Assembly: GCF_009914755.1 (NCBI RefSeq)
Contig: NC_060948.1
Origin: the human T2T-CHM13v2.0 reference genome, Homo sapiens
Strand: one strand, 5' to 3'
DNA: 64,000 bases
Shown piece after piece: positions 25,643 to 39,878 of this stretch (position 1 is the stretch's first letter; each line of letters opens with the position of its first letter). The translations under genes and the position numbers were made by a program. The notes beneath the pieces were generated by a model. That model did not search any database, was not told where the DNA came from, and saw only the letters and a list, made by a program, of their open reading frames with translations.

Positions 25643-28600
25643 GGCCTGGAATAAAGTGGAATGCTACGGTCTCGAATGGAATAAAAATGTATGGAATGGA
25701 ATGCAATGAAATGGAATCGAATGTCATAGAATGTAATGGAATGCAACAAAATGGAATCCAATAACATTGACTGGAAAGGCTGGGTGTCGAAAGGAATTGG
25801 CTCCAATGGAATGGAATCGAATGGAATGGAAGTGAATAGAATCGAACTAAATCGAATGGAATGGAATTGATAGGAACGGAATGGAAAGGAATGCAATGAT
25901 TTGGCATGGAATGGAATCGAATGGCATCGAATGGAATGGAATGGAATGCAATGGAATGGAATGTATTAGAATGTAATGAACTTTAATGGAATATACTCGT
26001 ATGGATTCGACTGGAATGGAATGTTCTGGAAGTGAATGGACTCCAATGGAATGGATTCCAAAGGAATGGAATCGTACGGAATGGAATCTAATGGAATGGA
26101 ATTAAATGGAAATGAATCAAATTGAATAGCACGGAATTGAATTGAATGGAATGGAATGCAATGGAATCTAATGAAACGGAAAGGAAAGGAATGGAATGGA
26201 ATGGAATGGGCTGGAATGGAAAGGAATCGAAACGAATGGAATGGAATCGAACTGAAGAGACTGGAATGGAATGCACTGGAATGGAAGGGAGTGTAATGGA
26301 AGGTTCTCGAAAAAAATGGAATCGAATGGAATGGAATTGAATGGAACGGAATAGAGTCGAATGGAATTGAATGGAATGGAATGGACTAGAGTGAAATGGA
26401 ATCGAACCACAAGGAATGGACAGGAATAGAATGGTCTCGAATTGAATGGAATCGTATGGAATGGCATCAAACGGAATGGAATGGACAGCCACGGAATGGA
26501 ATGCACTCGAATGCAATGGAGTCGAAACTAATGGACTGGAATAGAATGGACTCGACTGGTACGGACTCCAATGGAATGGAATCGAATGGAAGGGAATCGA
26601 ACGGAATGGACTCGAAGGGAAAAGACTGCAATGGAAAGGTCTCGAATGGAATGGAAATTAATGGAATGGAATGGAATCGAATGAAATGGAGTCAAAAGGA
26701 ATGGAATCGAATGGCAAGAAATCGAATGTAATGGAATCGCAAGGAATTGATGTGAACGGAACGGAATGGAATGGAATCCAAAGGAATGGAATAGAATGGA
26801 ATGGAATCGAATGGAAAGGACTTGAATGGAAATCACTCGAATAGAATGCAATTTAATAAAATAGGAACAAATGTAATGGAATGGAATGGAAAGGAATCGA
26901 AACGAAAGGAATGGAGACAGATGGAATGGAATGGAACAGAGAGCAATGGTATAGAATGGAATGGAATCATCTGGAATGGAATTGAATGGAATGGAATAAT
27001 ATGAAATGGAATGGAATGGAATGGAATGGAATGCCCTTGAATTAAATGGACTGGAATGGAATGGACTCGAACAGAGTGGAATGGAAAGTGTTGAGATAGA
27101 ATGGAATGGACTCCTTTGGAATGGTCTAGTATCCAATGCAATCGACTGGCAGGGAATCAAAAGGAATGTAATCGAATGGATTGGACTGGAATGCAATGGA
27201 CTCGAATAGATTGGAAACGGAATGCAAAGGAATGGAATGGAATAGTATGGAATGGAATGGAAAGGAATGGAGTGGAATAGACTAGAGTGGAATGGAATGG
27301 ACTGGAAAGCAATGGACTAGAATGGAACTTTCTTGAATGGACTGGAATCAAACGGAATGGAATACAATGCAATCAAATGGCATGGAATAAAATAGAATGA
27401 AAGAGAATCAAATGGAATTGAATCGAATGGATTCGAATGGATTGTAAAGGAATAGAATGGAATGGAATGGAATTGACTCAAATGGAATGGACTAGAATGG
27501 AATGGATTCGAATGGAAGGCAAAGGAATGGAATCTATTGGAATGGACTGTAATGGAATGGAATGGAAGGGATTGGAATGGACTCGAATGGAATGGACTGC
27601 AATAGAAAGGATTCGAATGGAATGAAAAAGAATTGAATGGAATAGAACAGAATGGAATCAAATCGAATGAAATGGAATGGAATAGAAAGGAATGGAATGA
27701 AATGGAATGGAAAGGATTCGAATGGAATGCAATCGAATGGAATGGAATCGAACGGAATGGAATAAAATGGAAGAAAACTGGCAAGAAATGGAATCGAAAT
27801 GAATGGAGTGTTATGGAACGGACTCAAAAGGAATTGAATGTAATAGAATGGAGTGGAGTGGACTCGAATATAATGGACTGGAATGGAATGAAATCACATG
27901 GAATGGGAACGAATGGAATGGAATGGAAAGGAATGGAATCGAATGGAAAGGAATCGAATGGAAGGGAATGAAATTGAATCAACAGGAATGGAAGGGAATA
28001 GAATAGACGGTAATGGAATGGACTCGAATAGAATGGACACGAATGCTCAAATTGAATGGATTCGAATGGAATGGAAACGAAAGGAATGTAATCGAATGGA
28101 ATTGAATCGATTGGAATGAAATCGCATAGAATGGAGTGGAATCAAATGGAATTGAATCGAAAGGAAAGGAAGCGAATGGACTGAAATGAAATGGAATGGA
28201 ATTGAATGGAAAGTAATGCAATGGAATAGAATGGAACGAAATTTCACGGAATGGAATCAAACTGAATGGAATCAAATCAATGGAATCTAATCAAATGGAA
28301 TGGAAAGGAATTGAATGGAGTAGATTGGATTGGATGGGATTGGAATGAAATGTACTGGAAAGGACTCGAATTTCATGAAACGGAATGGAATGAATTGGAA
28401 CGGAATGGACTCGAATGGAATGGAATGTCATGGAATGGCATCGAATGGAATGGCATCAAATGGAATGGAATCGAATGCAATGGAATGTTATGGAATGGAA
28501 TGGAATGCATTGGAATGGAATGTCCTCTAATGGAATGGATTCGAGTGGAATGGAATCGAATATAATGGAGTCGAATGAAATGGAATTGAAAGGAATGGGA

Positions 28601-29191
28601 TCGAATAGAATGGAATATACTGGAATGTAATGTAATGAACACGAATGTAATTGACTGGAATGGAATGTATATGAATGGAAGGTAATCGAATGGAAAGTAA
28701 TCCAATGGAATAGAATCTAATGCAATAAAACCGACTCAGATAGAGTAGAATGTAATGGAATGGAGTGCAGTGCAATGGAATGGAATGGAATTGAATGCAA
28801 TGGAATGGAATGGAATGGAATGGAATGGGATGGAATGGTATGGAATGGATAGTAATGGACTGGAGTGAAATGGACTGGAAAGGAATGGACTCAAATTGAA
28901 AGGGCTCGAAAGGAATGGAGTCAAATGGAATGGTCTGGAATGGAATGAACACGAATGTAATGCAATCCAATAGAATGGAATCGAATGGCATGGAATATAA
29001 AGAAATGGAATCGAAGAGAATGGAAACAAATGGAATGGAATTGAATGGAATGGAATTGAATGGAATGGGAACGAATGGAGTGAAATTGTATGCAGTAGAA
29101 GGGAATAGAATGGAATGCAAGCGAAAGGAAAGGAATGGATTGGAATGGAATGGAATTCATTGGAATGGAAGGGAATGTAGTGTAATGGACA
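25643..29191. repeat. DYZ1 unit 8 (3549 bp)
   Basis: GGCC at 25643 to 29192. Confidence 0.93.
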
Positions 29192-32100
29192 GGCCTGGAA
29201 TAAAGTGGAATGCTACGGTCTCGAATGGAATAAAAATGTATGGAATGGAATGCAATGAAACGGAATCGAATGTCATAGAATGTAATGGAATGCAAAAAAA
29301 TGGAATCCAAAATCATTGACTGGAAAGGCTGGGTGTCGAAAGGAATTGACTCCAATGGAATGGAATCGAATGGAATGGAAGTGAATAGAATCGAACTAAA
29401 TCGAATGGAATGGAATTGATAGGAACGGAATGGAAAGGAATGCAATGATTTGGCATGGAATGGAATCGAATGGCATCGAATGGAATGGAATGGAATGCAA
29501 TGGAATGGAATGTATTAGAATGTAATGAACTTTAATGGAATGTACTCGAATGGATTCGACTGGAATGGAATGTTGTGGAAGTGAATGGACTCCAATGGAA
29601 TGGATTCAAAAGGAATGGAATCGTACGGAATGGAATCTAATGGAATGGAATTAAATGGAAATGAATCAAATTGAATAGCACGGAATTGAATTGAATGGAA
29701 TGGAATGCAATGGAATCTAATGAAACGGAAAGGAAAGGAATGGAATGGAATGGAATGGGCTGGAATGGAAAGGAATCGAAACGAATGGAATGGAATCGAA
29801 CTGAAGAGACTGGAATGGAATGCACTGGAATGGAAGGGAGTGTAATGGAAGGTTCTCGAAAAAAATGGAATCGAATGGAATGGAATTGAATGGAACGGAA
29901 TAGAGTCGAATGGAATTGAATGGAATGGAATGGACTAGAGTGAAATGGAATCGAACCACAAGGAATGGACAGGAATAGAATGGTCTCGAATTGAATGGAA
30001 TCGTATGGAATGGCATCAAACGGAATGGAATGGACAGCCACGGAATGGAATGCACTCGAATGCAATGGAGTCGAAACTAATGGACTGGAATAGAATGGAC
30101 TCGACTGGTACGGACTCCAATGGAATGGAATCGAATGGAAGGGAATCGAACGGAATGGACTCGAAGGGAAAAGACTGCAATGGAAAGGTCTCGAATGGAA
30201 TGGAAATTAATGGAATGGAATGGAATCGAATGAAATGGAGTCAAAAGGAATGGAATCGAATGGCAAGAAATCGAATGTAATGGAATCGCAAGGAATTGAT
30301 GTGAACGGAACGGAATGGAATGGAATCCAAAGGAATGGAATAGAATGGAATGGAATCGAATGGAAAGGACTCGAATGGAAATCACTCGAATAGAATGCAA
30401 TTTAATAAAATAGGATCAAATGTAATGGAATGGAATGGAAAGGAATCGAAACGAAAGGAATGGAGACAGATGGAATGGAATGGAAGAGAGAGCAATGGTA
30501 TAGAATGGAATGGAATCATCTGGAATGGAATTGAATGGAATGGAATAATATGAAATGGAATGGAATGGAATGGAATGGAATGCCCTTGAATTAAATGGAC
30601 TGGAATGGAATGGACTCGAACAGAGTGGAATGGAAAGTGTTGAGATAGAATGGAATGGACTCCGTTGGAATGGTGTAGTATGCAATGCAATCGACTGGCA
30701 GGGAATCAAAAGGAATGTAATGGAATGGACTGGACTGGAATGCAATGGACTCGAATAGATTGGAAACGGAATGCAAAGGAATGGAATGGAATAGTATGGA
30801 ATGGAATGGAAAGGAATGGAGTGGAATAGACTAGAGTGGAATGGAATGGACTGGAAAGCAATGGACTGGAATGGATCTTTCTTGAATGGACTGGAATCAA
30901 ACGGAATGGAATGCAATGCAATCAAATGGCATGGAATAAAATAGAATGAAAGAGAATCAAATGGAATTGAATCGAATGGAATCGAATGGATTGGAAAGGA
31001 ATAGAATGGAATGGAATGGAATTGACTCAAATGGAATGGACTAGAATGGAATGGATTCGAATGGAAGGCAAAGGAATGGAATCTATTGGAATGGACTGTA
31101 ATGGAATGGAATGGAAGGGATTGGAATGGACTCGAATGGAATGGACTGCAATAGAAAGGATTCGAATGGAATGAAAAAGAATTGAATGGAATAGAACAGA
31201 ATGGAATCAAATCGAATGAAATGGAATGGAATAGAAAGGAATGGAATGAAATGGAATGGAAAGGATTCGAATGGAATGCAATCGAATGGAATGGAATCGA
31301 ACGGAATGGAATAAAATGGAAGAAAACTGGCAAGAAATGGAATCGAAATGAATGGAGTGTTATGGAACGGACTCAAAAGGAATTGAATGTAATAGAATGG
31401 AGTGGAGTGGACTCGAATATAATGGACTGGAATGGAATGAAATCACATGGAATGGGAACGAATGGAATGGAATGGAAAGGAATGGAATCGAATGGAAAGG
31501 AATCGAATGGAAGGGAATGAAATTGAATCAACAGGAATGGAAGGGAATAGAATAGACGGTAATGGAATGGACTCGAATAGAATGGACACGAATGCTCAAA
31601 TTGAATGGACTCGAATGGAATGGAAACGAAAGGAATGTCATCGAATGGAATTGAATCGATTGGAATGAAATCGCATAGAATGGAGTGGAATCAAATGGAA
31701 TTGAATCGAAAGGAAAGGAAGCGAATGGACTGAAATGAAATGGAATGGAATTGAATGGAAAGTAATGCAATGGAATAGAATGGAACGAAATTTCACGGAA
31801 TGGAATCAAACTGAATGGAATCAAATCAATGGAATCCAATCAAATGGAATGGAGTAGATTGGATTGGATGGGATTGGAATGAAATGTACTGGAAAGGACT
31901 CGAATTTCATGAAACGGAATGGAATGAATTGGAACGGAATGGACTCGAATGGAATGGAATGTCATAGAATGGTATCAAATGGAATGGCATCAAATGGAAT
32001 GGAATCGAATGCAATGGAATGCTATGGAATGGAATGGAATGCATTGGAATGGAATGTCCTCTAATGGAATGGATTCGAGTGGAATGGAATCGAATATAAT

Positions 32101-32750
32101 GGAGTCGAATGAAATGGAATTGAAAGGAATGGGATGGAATACAATGGAATATACTGGAATGTAATGTAATGAACTCGAATGTAATTGACTGGAATGGAAT
32201 GTACATGAGTGGAATGTAATCGAATGGAAAGTAATACAATGGAATAGAATCTAATGCAATAAAATCGACTCAGATAGAGTAGAATGTAATGGAATGGAGT
32301 GCAGTGCAATGGAATGGAATGGAATGGAATGCAATGGAATGGAATGGAATGGAATGGAATGGAATGGAATGGAATGGAATGGAATGGGATGGAATGGGAT
32401 GGAATGGATAGTAATGGACTGGAGTGAAATGGACTGGAAAGGAATGGACATAAATTGAAAGGTCTCGAAAGGAATGGAGTCAAATGGAATGGTCTGGAAT
32501 GGAATGAACACGAATGTAATGCAATCCAATAGAATGGAATCGAATGGCATGGAATATAAAGAAATGGAATCGAAGAGAATGGAAACAAATGGAATGGAAT
32601 TGAATGGAATGGAGTTGAATGGAATGTGAAAGAATGGAGTGAAATTGTATGCAGTAGAAGAGAATAGAATGGAATGCAAGCGAAAGGAAAGGAATGGATT
32701 GGAATGGAATGGAATTCATTGGAATGGAAGGGAATGTAGTGTAATGGACA
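29192..32750. repeat. DYZ1 unit 9 (3559 bp)
   Basis: GGCC at 29192 to 32751; 15-bp deletion near 31850. Confidence 0.93.
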
Positions 32751-35700
32751 GGCCTGGAATAAAGTGGAATGCTACAGTCTCGAATGGAATAAAAATGTAT
32801 GGAATGGAATGCAATGAAACGGAATCGAATGTCATAGAATGTAATGGAATGCAAAAAAATGGAATCCAAAATCATTGAATGCAAAGGCTGGGTGTCTAAA
32901 GGAATTGACTCCAATGGAATGGAATCGAATGGAATGGAAGTGAATAGAATCGAACTAAATCGAATGGAATGGAATTGATAGGAACGGAATGGAAAGGAAT
33001 GCAATGATTTGGCATGGAATGGAATCGAATGGCATCGAATGGAATGGAATGGAATGCAATGGAATGGAATGTATTAGAATGTAATGAACTTTAATGGAAT
33101 GTACTCGAATGGATTCGACTGGAATGGAATGTTCTGGAAGTGAATGGACTCCAATGGAATGGATTCAAAAGGAATGGAATCGTACGGAATGGAATCCAAT
33201 GGAATGGAATTAAATGGAAATGAATCAAATTGAATAGCACGGAATTGAATTGAATGGAATTGAATGCAATGGAATCTAATGAAACGGAAAGGAAAGGAAT
33301 GGAATGGAATGGAATGGGCTGGAATGGAAAGGAATCGAAACGAATGGAATGGAATCGAACTGAAGAGACTGGAATGGAATGCACTGGAATGGAAGGGAGT
33401 GTAATGGAAGGTTCTCGAAAAAAATGGAATCGAATGGAATGCAAGTGAATGGAACGGAATAGAGTCGAATGCAATTGAATGGAATGGAATGGACTAGAGT
33501 GAAATGGAATCGAACCACAAGGAATGGACAGGAATAGAATGGTCTCGAATTGAATGGAATAGTATGGAATGGCATCAAACGGAATGGAATGGACAGCCAC
33601 GGAATGGAATGCACTCGAATGCAATGGAGTCGAAACTAATGGACTGGAATAGAATGGACTCGACTGGTACGGACTCCAATGGAATGGAATCGAATGGAAG
33701 GGAATCGAACGGAAGGGAATCGAACGGAATGGACTCGAAGGGAAAAGACTGCAATGGAAAGGTCTCGAATGGAATGGAAATTAATGGAATGGAATGGAAT
33801 CGAATGAAATAGAGTCAAAAGGAATGGAATCGAATGGCAAGAAATCGAATGTAATGGAATCGCAAGGAATTGATGTGAACGGAACGGAATGGAATGGAAT
33901 CCAAAGGAATGGAATAGAATGGAATGGAATCGAATGGAAAGGACTCGAATGGAAATCACTCGAATAGAATGCAATTTAATAAAATAGGATCAAATGTAAT
34001 GGAATGGAATGGAAAGGAATCGAAACGAAAGGAATGGAGACAGATGGAATGGAATGGAACAGAGAGCAATGGTATAGAACGGAATGGAATCATCTGGAAT
34101 GGAATTGAATGGAATGGAATAATATGAAATGGAAAGGAATGGAATGGAATGCCCTTGAATTAAATGGACTGCAATGGAATGGACTCGAACAGAGTGGAAT
34201 GGAAAGTGTTGAAATAGAATGGAATTGACTCGTTTGGAATGGTCTAGTATGCAATGCAATCGACTGGCAGGGAATCAAAAGGAATGTAATCGAATGGATT
34301 GGACTGGAATGCAATGGACTCGAATAGATTGGAAACGGAATGCAAAGGAATGGAATGGAATAGTATGGAATGGAATGGAAAGGAATGGAGTGGAATAGAC
34401 TAGAGTGGAATGGAATGGACTTGAAAGCAATGGACTGGAATGGAACTTTCTTGAATGGACCGGAACCAAACGGAATGGAATGCAATGCAATCAAATGGCA
34501 TGGAATAAGATAGAATGAAAGAGAATCAAATGGAATTGAATCGAATGGAATCGAATGGATTGGAAAGGAATAGAATGGAATGGAATGGAATGGACTCAAA
34601 TGGAATGGACTAGAATGGAATGGATTCGAATGGAAGGCAAAGGAATGGAATCTATTGGAATGGACTGTAATGGAATGGAATGGAAGGGATTGGAATGGAT
34701 TCGAATGGAATGGACTGCAATAGAAAGGATTCGAATGGAATGAAAAAGAATTGAATGGAATAGAACAGAATGGAATCAAATCGAATGAAATGGAATGGAA
34801 TAGAAAGGAATGGAATGAAATGGAATGGAAAGGATTCGAATGGAATGCAATCGAATGGAATGGAATCGAACGGAATGGAATAAAATGGAAGAAAACTGGC
34901 AAGAAATGGAATCGAAATGAATGGAGTGTTATGGAACGGACTCAAAAGGAATTGAATGTAATAGAATGGAGTGGAGTGGACTCGAATATAATGGACTGGA
35001 ATGGAATGAAATCACATGGAATGGGAACGAATGGAATGGAATGGAAAGGAATGGAATCGAATGGAAAGGAATCGAATGGAAGGGAATGAAATTGAATCAA
35101 CAGGAATGGAAGGGAATAGAATAGACGGTAATGGAATGGACTCGAATAGAATGGACACGAATGCTGAAATGGAATGGACTCGAATGGAATGGAAACGAAA
35201 GGAATGTCATCGAATGGAATTGAATCGATTGGAATGAAATCGCATAGAATGGAGTGGAATCAAATGGAATTGAATCGAAAGGAAAGGAAGCGAATGGACT
35301 GAATTGAAATGGAATGGAATTGAATGGAAAGTAATGCAATGGAATAGAATGGAACGAAATTTCACGGAATGGAATCAAACTGAATGGAATCAAATCAATG
35401 GAATCAAATCAAATGGAATGGAAAGGAATTGAATGGAGTAGATTGGATTGGATGGGATTGGAATGAAATGTACTGGAAAGGACTCGAATTTCATGAAACG
35501 GAATGGAATGAATTGGAACGGAATGGACTCGAATGGAATGGAATGTCATGGAATGGCATCAAATGGAATGGCATCAAATGGAATGGAATCGAATGCAATG
35601 GAATGCTATGGAATGGAATGGAATGCATTGGAATGGAATGTCCTCTAATGGAATGGATTCGAGTGGAATGGAATCGAATATAATGGAGTCGAATGAAATG

Positions 35701-36314
35701 GAATTGAAAGGAATGGGATCGAATACAATGGAATATACTGGAATGTAATGTAATGAACTCGAATGTAATTGACTGGAATGGAATGTACATGAATGGAATG
35801 TAATCGAATGGAAAGTAATCCAATGGAATAGAATCTAATGCAATAAAATCGACTCAGATAGAGTAGAATGTAATGGAATGGAGTGCAGTGCAATGGAATG
35901 GAATGGAATGGAATGCAATGGAATGGAATGGAATGGAATGGAATGGAATGGGATGGAATGGTATGGAATGGACAGTAATGGACTGGAGTGAAATGGACTG
36001 GAAAGGAATGGACTCAAATTGAAAGGGCTCGAAAGGAATAGAGACAAATGGAATGGTCTGGAATGGAATGAACACGAATGTAATGCAATCCAATAGAATG
36101 GAGTCGAATGGCATGGAATATAAAGAAATGGAATCGAAGAGAATGGAAACAAATGGAATGGAATTGAATGGAATGGAATTGAATGGAATGCGAACGAATG
36201 GCGTGAAATTTTATGCAGTAGAAGAGAATAGAATGGAATGCAAGAGAAACGAAAGGAATGGATTGGAATGGAATGGAATTCATTGGAATGGAAGGGAATG
36301 TAGTGTAATGGACA
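32751..36314. repeat. DYZ1 unit 10 (3564 bp, relatively diverged)
   Basis: GGCC at 32751 to 36315; 15-bp duplication at 33696-33725 and 5-bp loss near 34135. Confidence 0.93.
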
Positions 36315-39300
36315 GGCCTGGAATAAAGTGGAATGCTACGGTCTCGAATGGAATAAAAATGTATGGAATGGAATGCAATGAAACGGAATCGAATGTCATA
36401 GAATGTAATGGAATGCAAAAAATTGGAATCCAAAATCATTGACTGGAAAGGCTGGGTGTCGAAAGGAATTGACTCCAATGGAATGGAATCGAATGGAATG
36501 GAAGTGAATAGAATCGAACTAAATCGAATGGAATGGAATTGATAGGAACGGAATGGAAAGGAATGCAATGATTTGGCATGGAATGGAATCGAATGGCATC
36601 GAATGGAATGGAATGGAATGCAATGGAATGGAATGTATTAGAATGAAATGAACTTTAATGGAATGTACTCGAATGGATTCGACTGGAATGGAATGTTCTG
36701 GAAGTGAATGGACTCCAATGGAATGGATTCAAAAGGAATGGAATCGTACGGAATGGAATCTAATGGAATGGAATTAAATGGAAATGAATCAAATTGAATA
36801 GCACGGAATTGAATTGAATGGAATGGAATGCAATGGAATCTAATGAAACGGAAAGGAAAGGAATGGAATGGAATGGAATGGGCTGGAATGGAAAGGAATC
36901 GAAACGAATGGAATGGAATCGAACTGAAGAGACTGGAATGGAATGCACTGGAATGGAAGGGAGTGTAATGGAAAGTTCTCGAAAAAAATGGAATCGAATG
37001 GAATGGAATTGAATGGAACGGAATAGAGTCGAATGGAATTGAATGGAATGGAATGGACTAGAGTGAAATGGAATCGAACCACAAGGAATGGACAGGAATA
37101 GAATGGTCTCGAATTGAATGGGATCGTATGGAATGGCGTCAAACGGAATGGAATGGACAGCCACGGAATGGAATGCACTCGAATGCAATGGAGTCGAAAC
37201 TAATGGACTGGAATAGAATGGACTCGACTGGTACGGACTCCAATGGAATGGAATCGAATGGAAGGGAATCGAACGGAATGGACTCGAAGGGAAAAGACTG
37301 CAATGGAAAGGTCTCGAATGGAATGGAAATTAATGGAATGGAATGGAATCGAATGAAATGGAGTCAAAAGGAATGGAATCGAATGGCAAGAAATCGAATG
37401 TAATGGAATCGCAAGGAATTGATGCGAACGGAACGGAATGGAATGGAATCCAAAGGAATGGAATAGAATGGAATGGAATCGAATGGAAAGGACTCGAATG
37501 GAAATCAATCGAATAGAATGCAATTTAATAAAATAGGATCAAATGTAATGGAATGGAATGGAAAGGAATCGAAACGAAAGGAATGGAGACAGATGGAATG
37601 GAATGGAACAGAGAGCAATGGTATAGAATGGAATGGAATCATCTGGAATGGAATTGAATGGAATGGAATGGAATAATATGAAATGGAATGGAATGGAATG
37701 GAATGGAATGCCCTTGAATTAAATGGACTGGAATGGAATGGACTCGAACAGAGTGGAATGGAAAGTGTTGAGATAGAATGGAATGGACTCCTTTGGAATG
37801 GTCTAGTATGCAATGCAATCGACTGGCAGGGAATCAAAAGGAATGTAATCGAATGGATTGGACTGGAATGCAATGGACTCGAATAGATTGGAAACGGAAT
37901 GCAAAGGAAAGGAATGGAATAGTATGGAATGGAATGGAAAGGAATGGAGTGGAATAGACTAGAGTGGAATGGAATGGACTGGAAAGCAATGGACTGGAAT
38001 GGAACTTTCTTGAATGGACTGGAATCAAACGGAATGGAATGCAATGCAATCAAATGGCATGGAATAAAATAGAATGAAAGAGAATCAAATGGAATTGAAT
38101 CGAATGGAATCGAATGGATTGGAAAGGAATAGAATGGAATGGAATGGAATTGACTCAAATGGAATGGACTAGAATGGAATGGATTCGAATGGAAGGCAAA
38201 GGAATGGAATCTATTGGAATGGACTGTAATGGAATGCAATGGAAGGGATTGGAATGGACTCGAGTGGAATGGACTGCAATAGAAAGGATTCGAATGGAAT
38301 GAAAAAGAATTGAATGGAATAGAACAGAATGGAATCAAATCGAATGAAATGGAATGGAATAGAAAGGAATGGAATGAAATGGAATGGAAAGGATTCGAAT
38401 GGAATGCAATCGAATGGAATGGAATCGAACGGAATGGAATAAAATGGAAGAAAACTGGCAAGAAATGGAATCGAAATGAATGGAGTGTTATGGAACGGAC
38501 TCAAAAGGAATTGAATGTAATAGAATGGAGTGGAGTGGACTCGAATATAATGGACTGGAATGGAATGAAATCACATGGAATGGGAACGAATGGAATGGAA
38601 TGGAAAGGAATGGAATCGAATGGAAAGGAATCGAATGGAAGGGAATGAAATTGAATCAACAGGAATGGAAGGGAATAGAATAGACGGTAATGGAATGGAC
38701 TCGAATAGAATGGACACGAATGCTCAAATTGAATGGACTCGAATGGAATGGAAACGAAAGGAATGTCATCGAATGGAATTGAATCGATTGGAATGAAATC
38801 GCATAGAATGGAGTGGAATCAAATGGAATTGAATCGAAAGGAAAGGAAGCGAATGGACTGAAATGAAATGGAATGGAATTGAATGGAAAGTAATGCAATG
38901 GAATAGAAGGGAACGAAATTTCACGGAATGGAATCAAACTGAATGGAATCAAATCAATGGAATCTAATCAAATGGAATGGAAAGGAATTGAATGGAGTAG
39001 ATTGGATTGGATGGGATTGGAATGAAATGTACTGGAAAGGACTCGAATTTCATGAAACGGAATGGAATGAATTGGAACGGAATGGACTCGAATGGAATGG
39101 AATGGCATGGAATGGCATCAAATGGAATGACATCAAATGGAATGGAATCGAATGCAATGGAATGCTATGGAATGGAATGGAATGCATTGGAATGGAATGT
39201 CCTCTAATGGAATGGATTCGAGTGGAATGGAATCGAATATAATGGAGTCGAATGAAATGGAATTGAAAGGAATGGGATCGAATACAATGGAATATACTGG

Positions 39301-39878
39301 AATGTAATGTAATGAACTCGAATGTAATTGACTGGAATGGAATGTACATGAATGGAATGTAATCGAATGGAAAGTAATCCAATGGAATAGAATCTAATGC
39401 AATAAAATCGACTCAGATAGAGTAGAATGTAATGGAATGGAGTGCAGTGCAATGGAATGGAATGGAATGGAATGCAATGGAATGGAATGGAATGGAATGG
39501 AATGGAATTGAATGGGATGGAATGGTATGGAATGGACAGTAATGGACTGGAGTGAAATGGACTGCAAAGGAATGGACTCAAATTGAAAGGGCTCGAAAGG
39601 AATGGAGACAAATGGAATGGTCTGGAATGGAATGAACACGAATGTAATGCAATCCAATAGAATGGAGTCGAATGGCATGGAATATAAAGAAATGGAATCG
39701 AAGAGAATGGAAACAAATGGAATGGAATTGAATGGAATGGAATTGAATGGAATGGGAAAGAATGGAGTGAAATTGTATGCAGTAGAAGAGAATAGAATGG
39801 AATGCAAGCGAAAGGAAAGGAATGGATTGGAATGGAATGGAATTCATTGGAATGGAAGGGAATGTAGTGTAATGGACA
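36315..39878. repeat. DYZ1 unit 11 (3564 bp)
   Basis: GGCC at 36315 to 39879; 5-bp gain near 37666. Confidence 0.93.
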
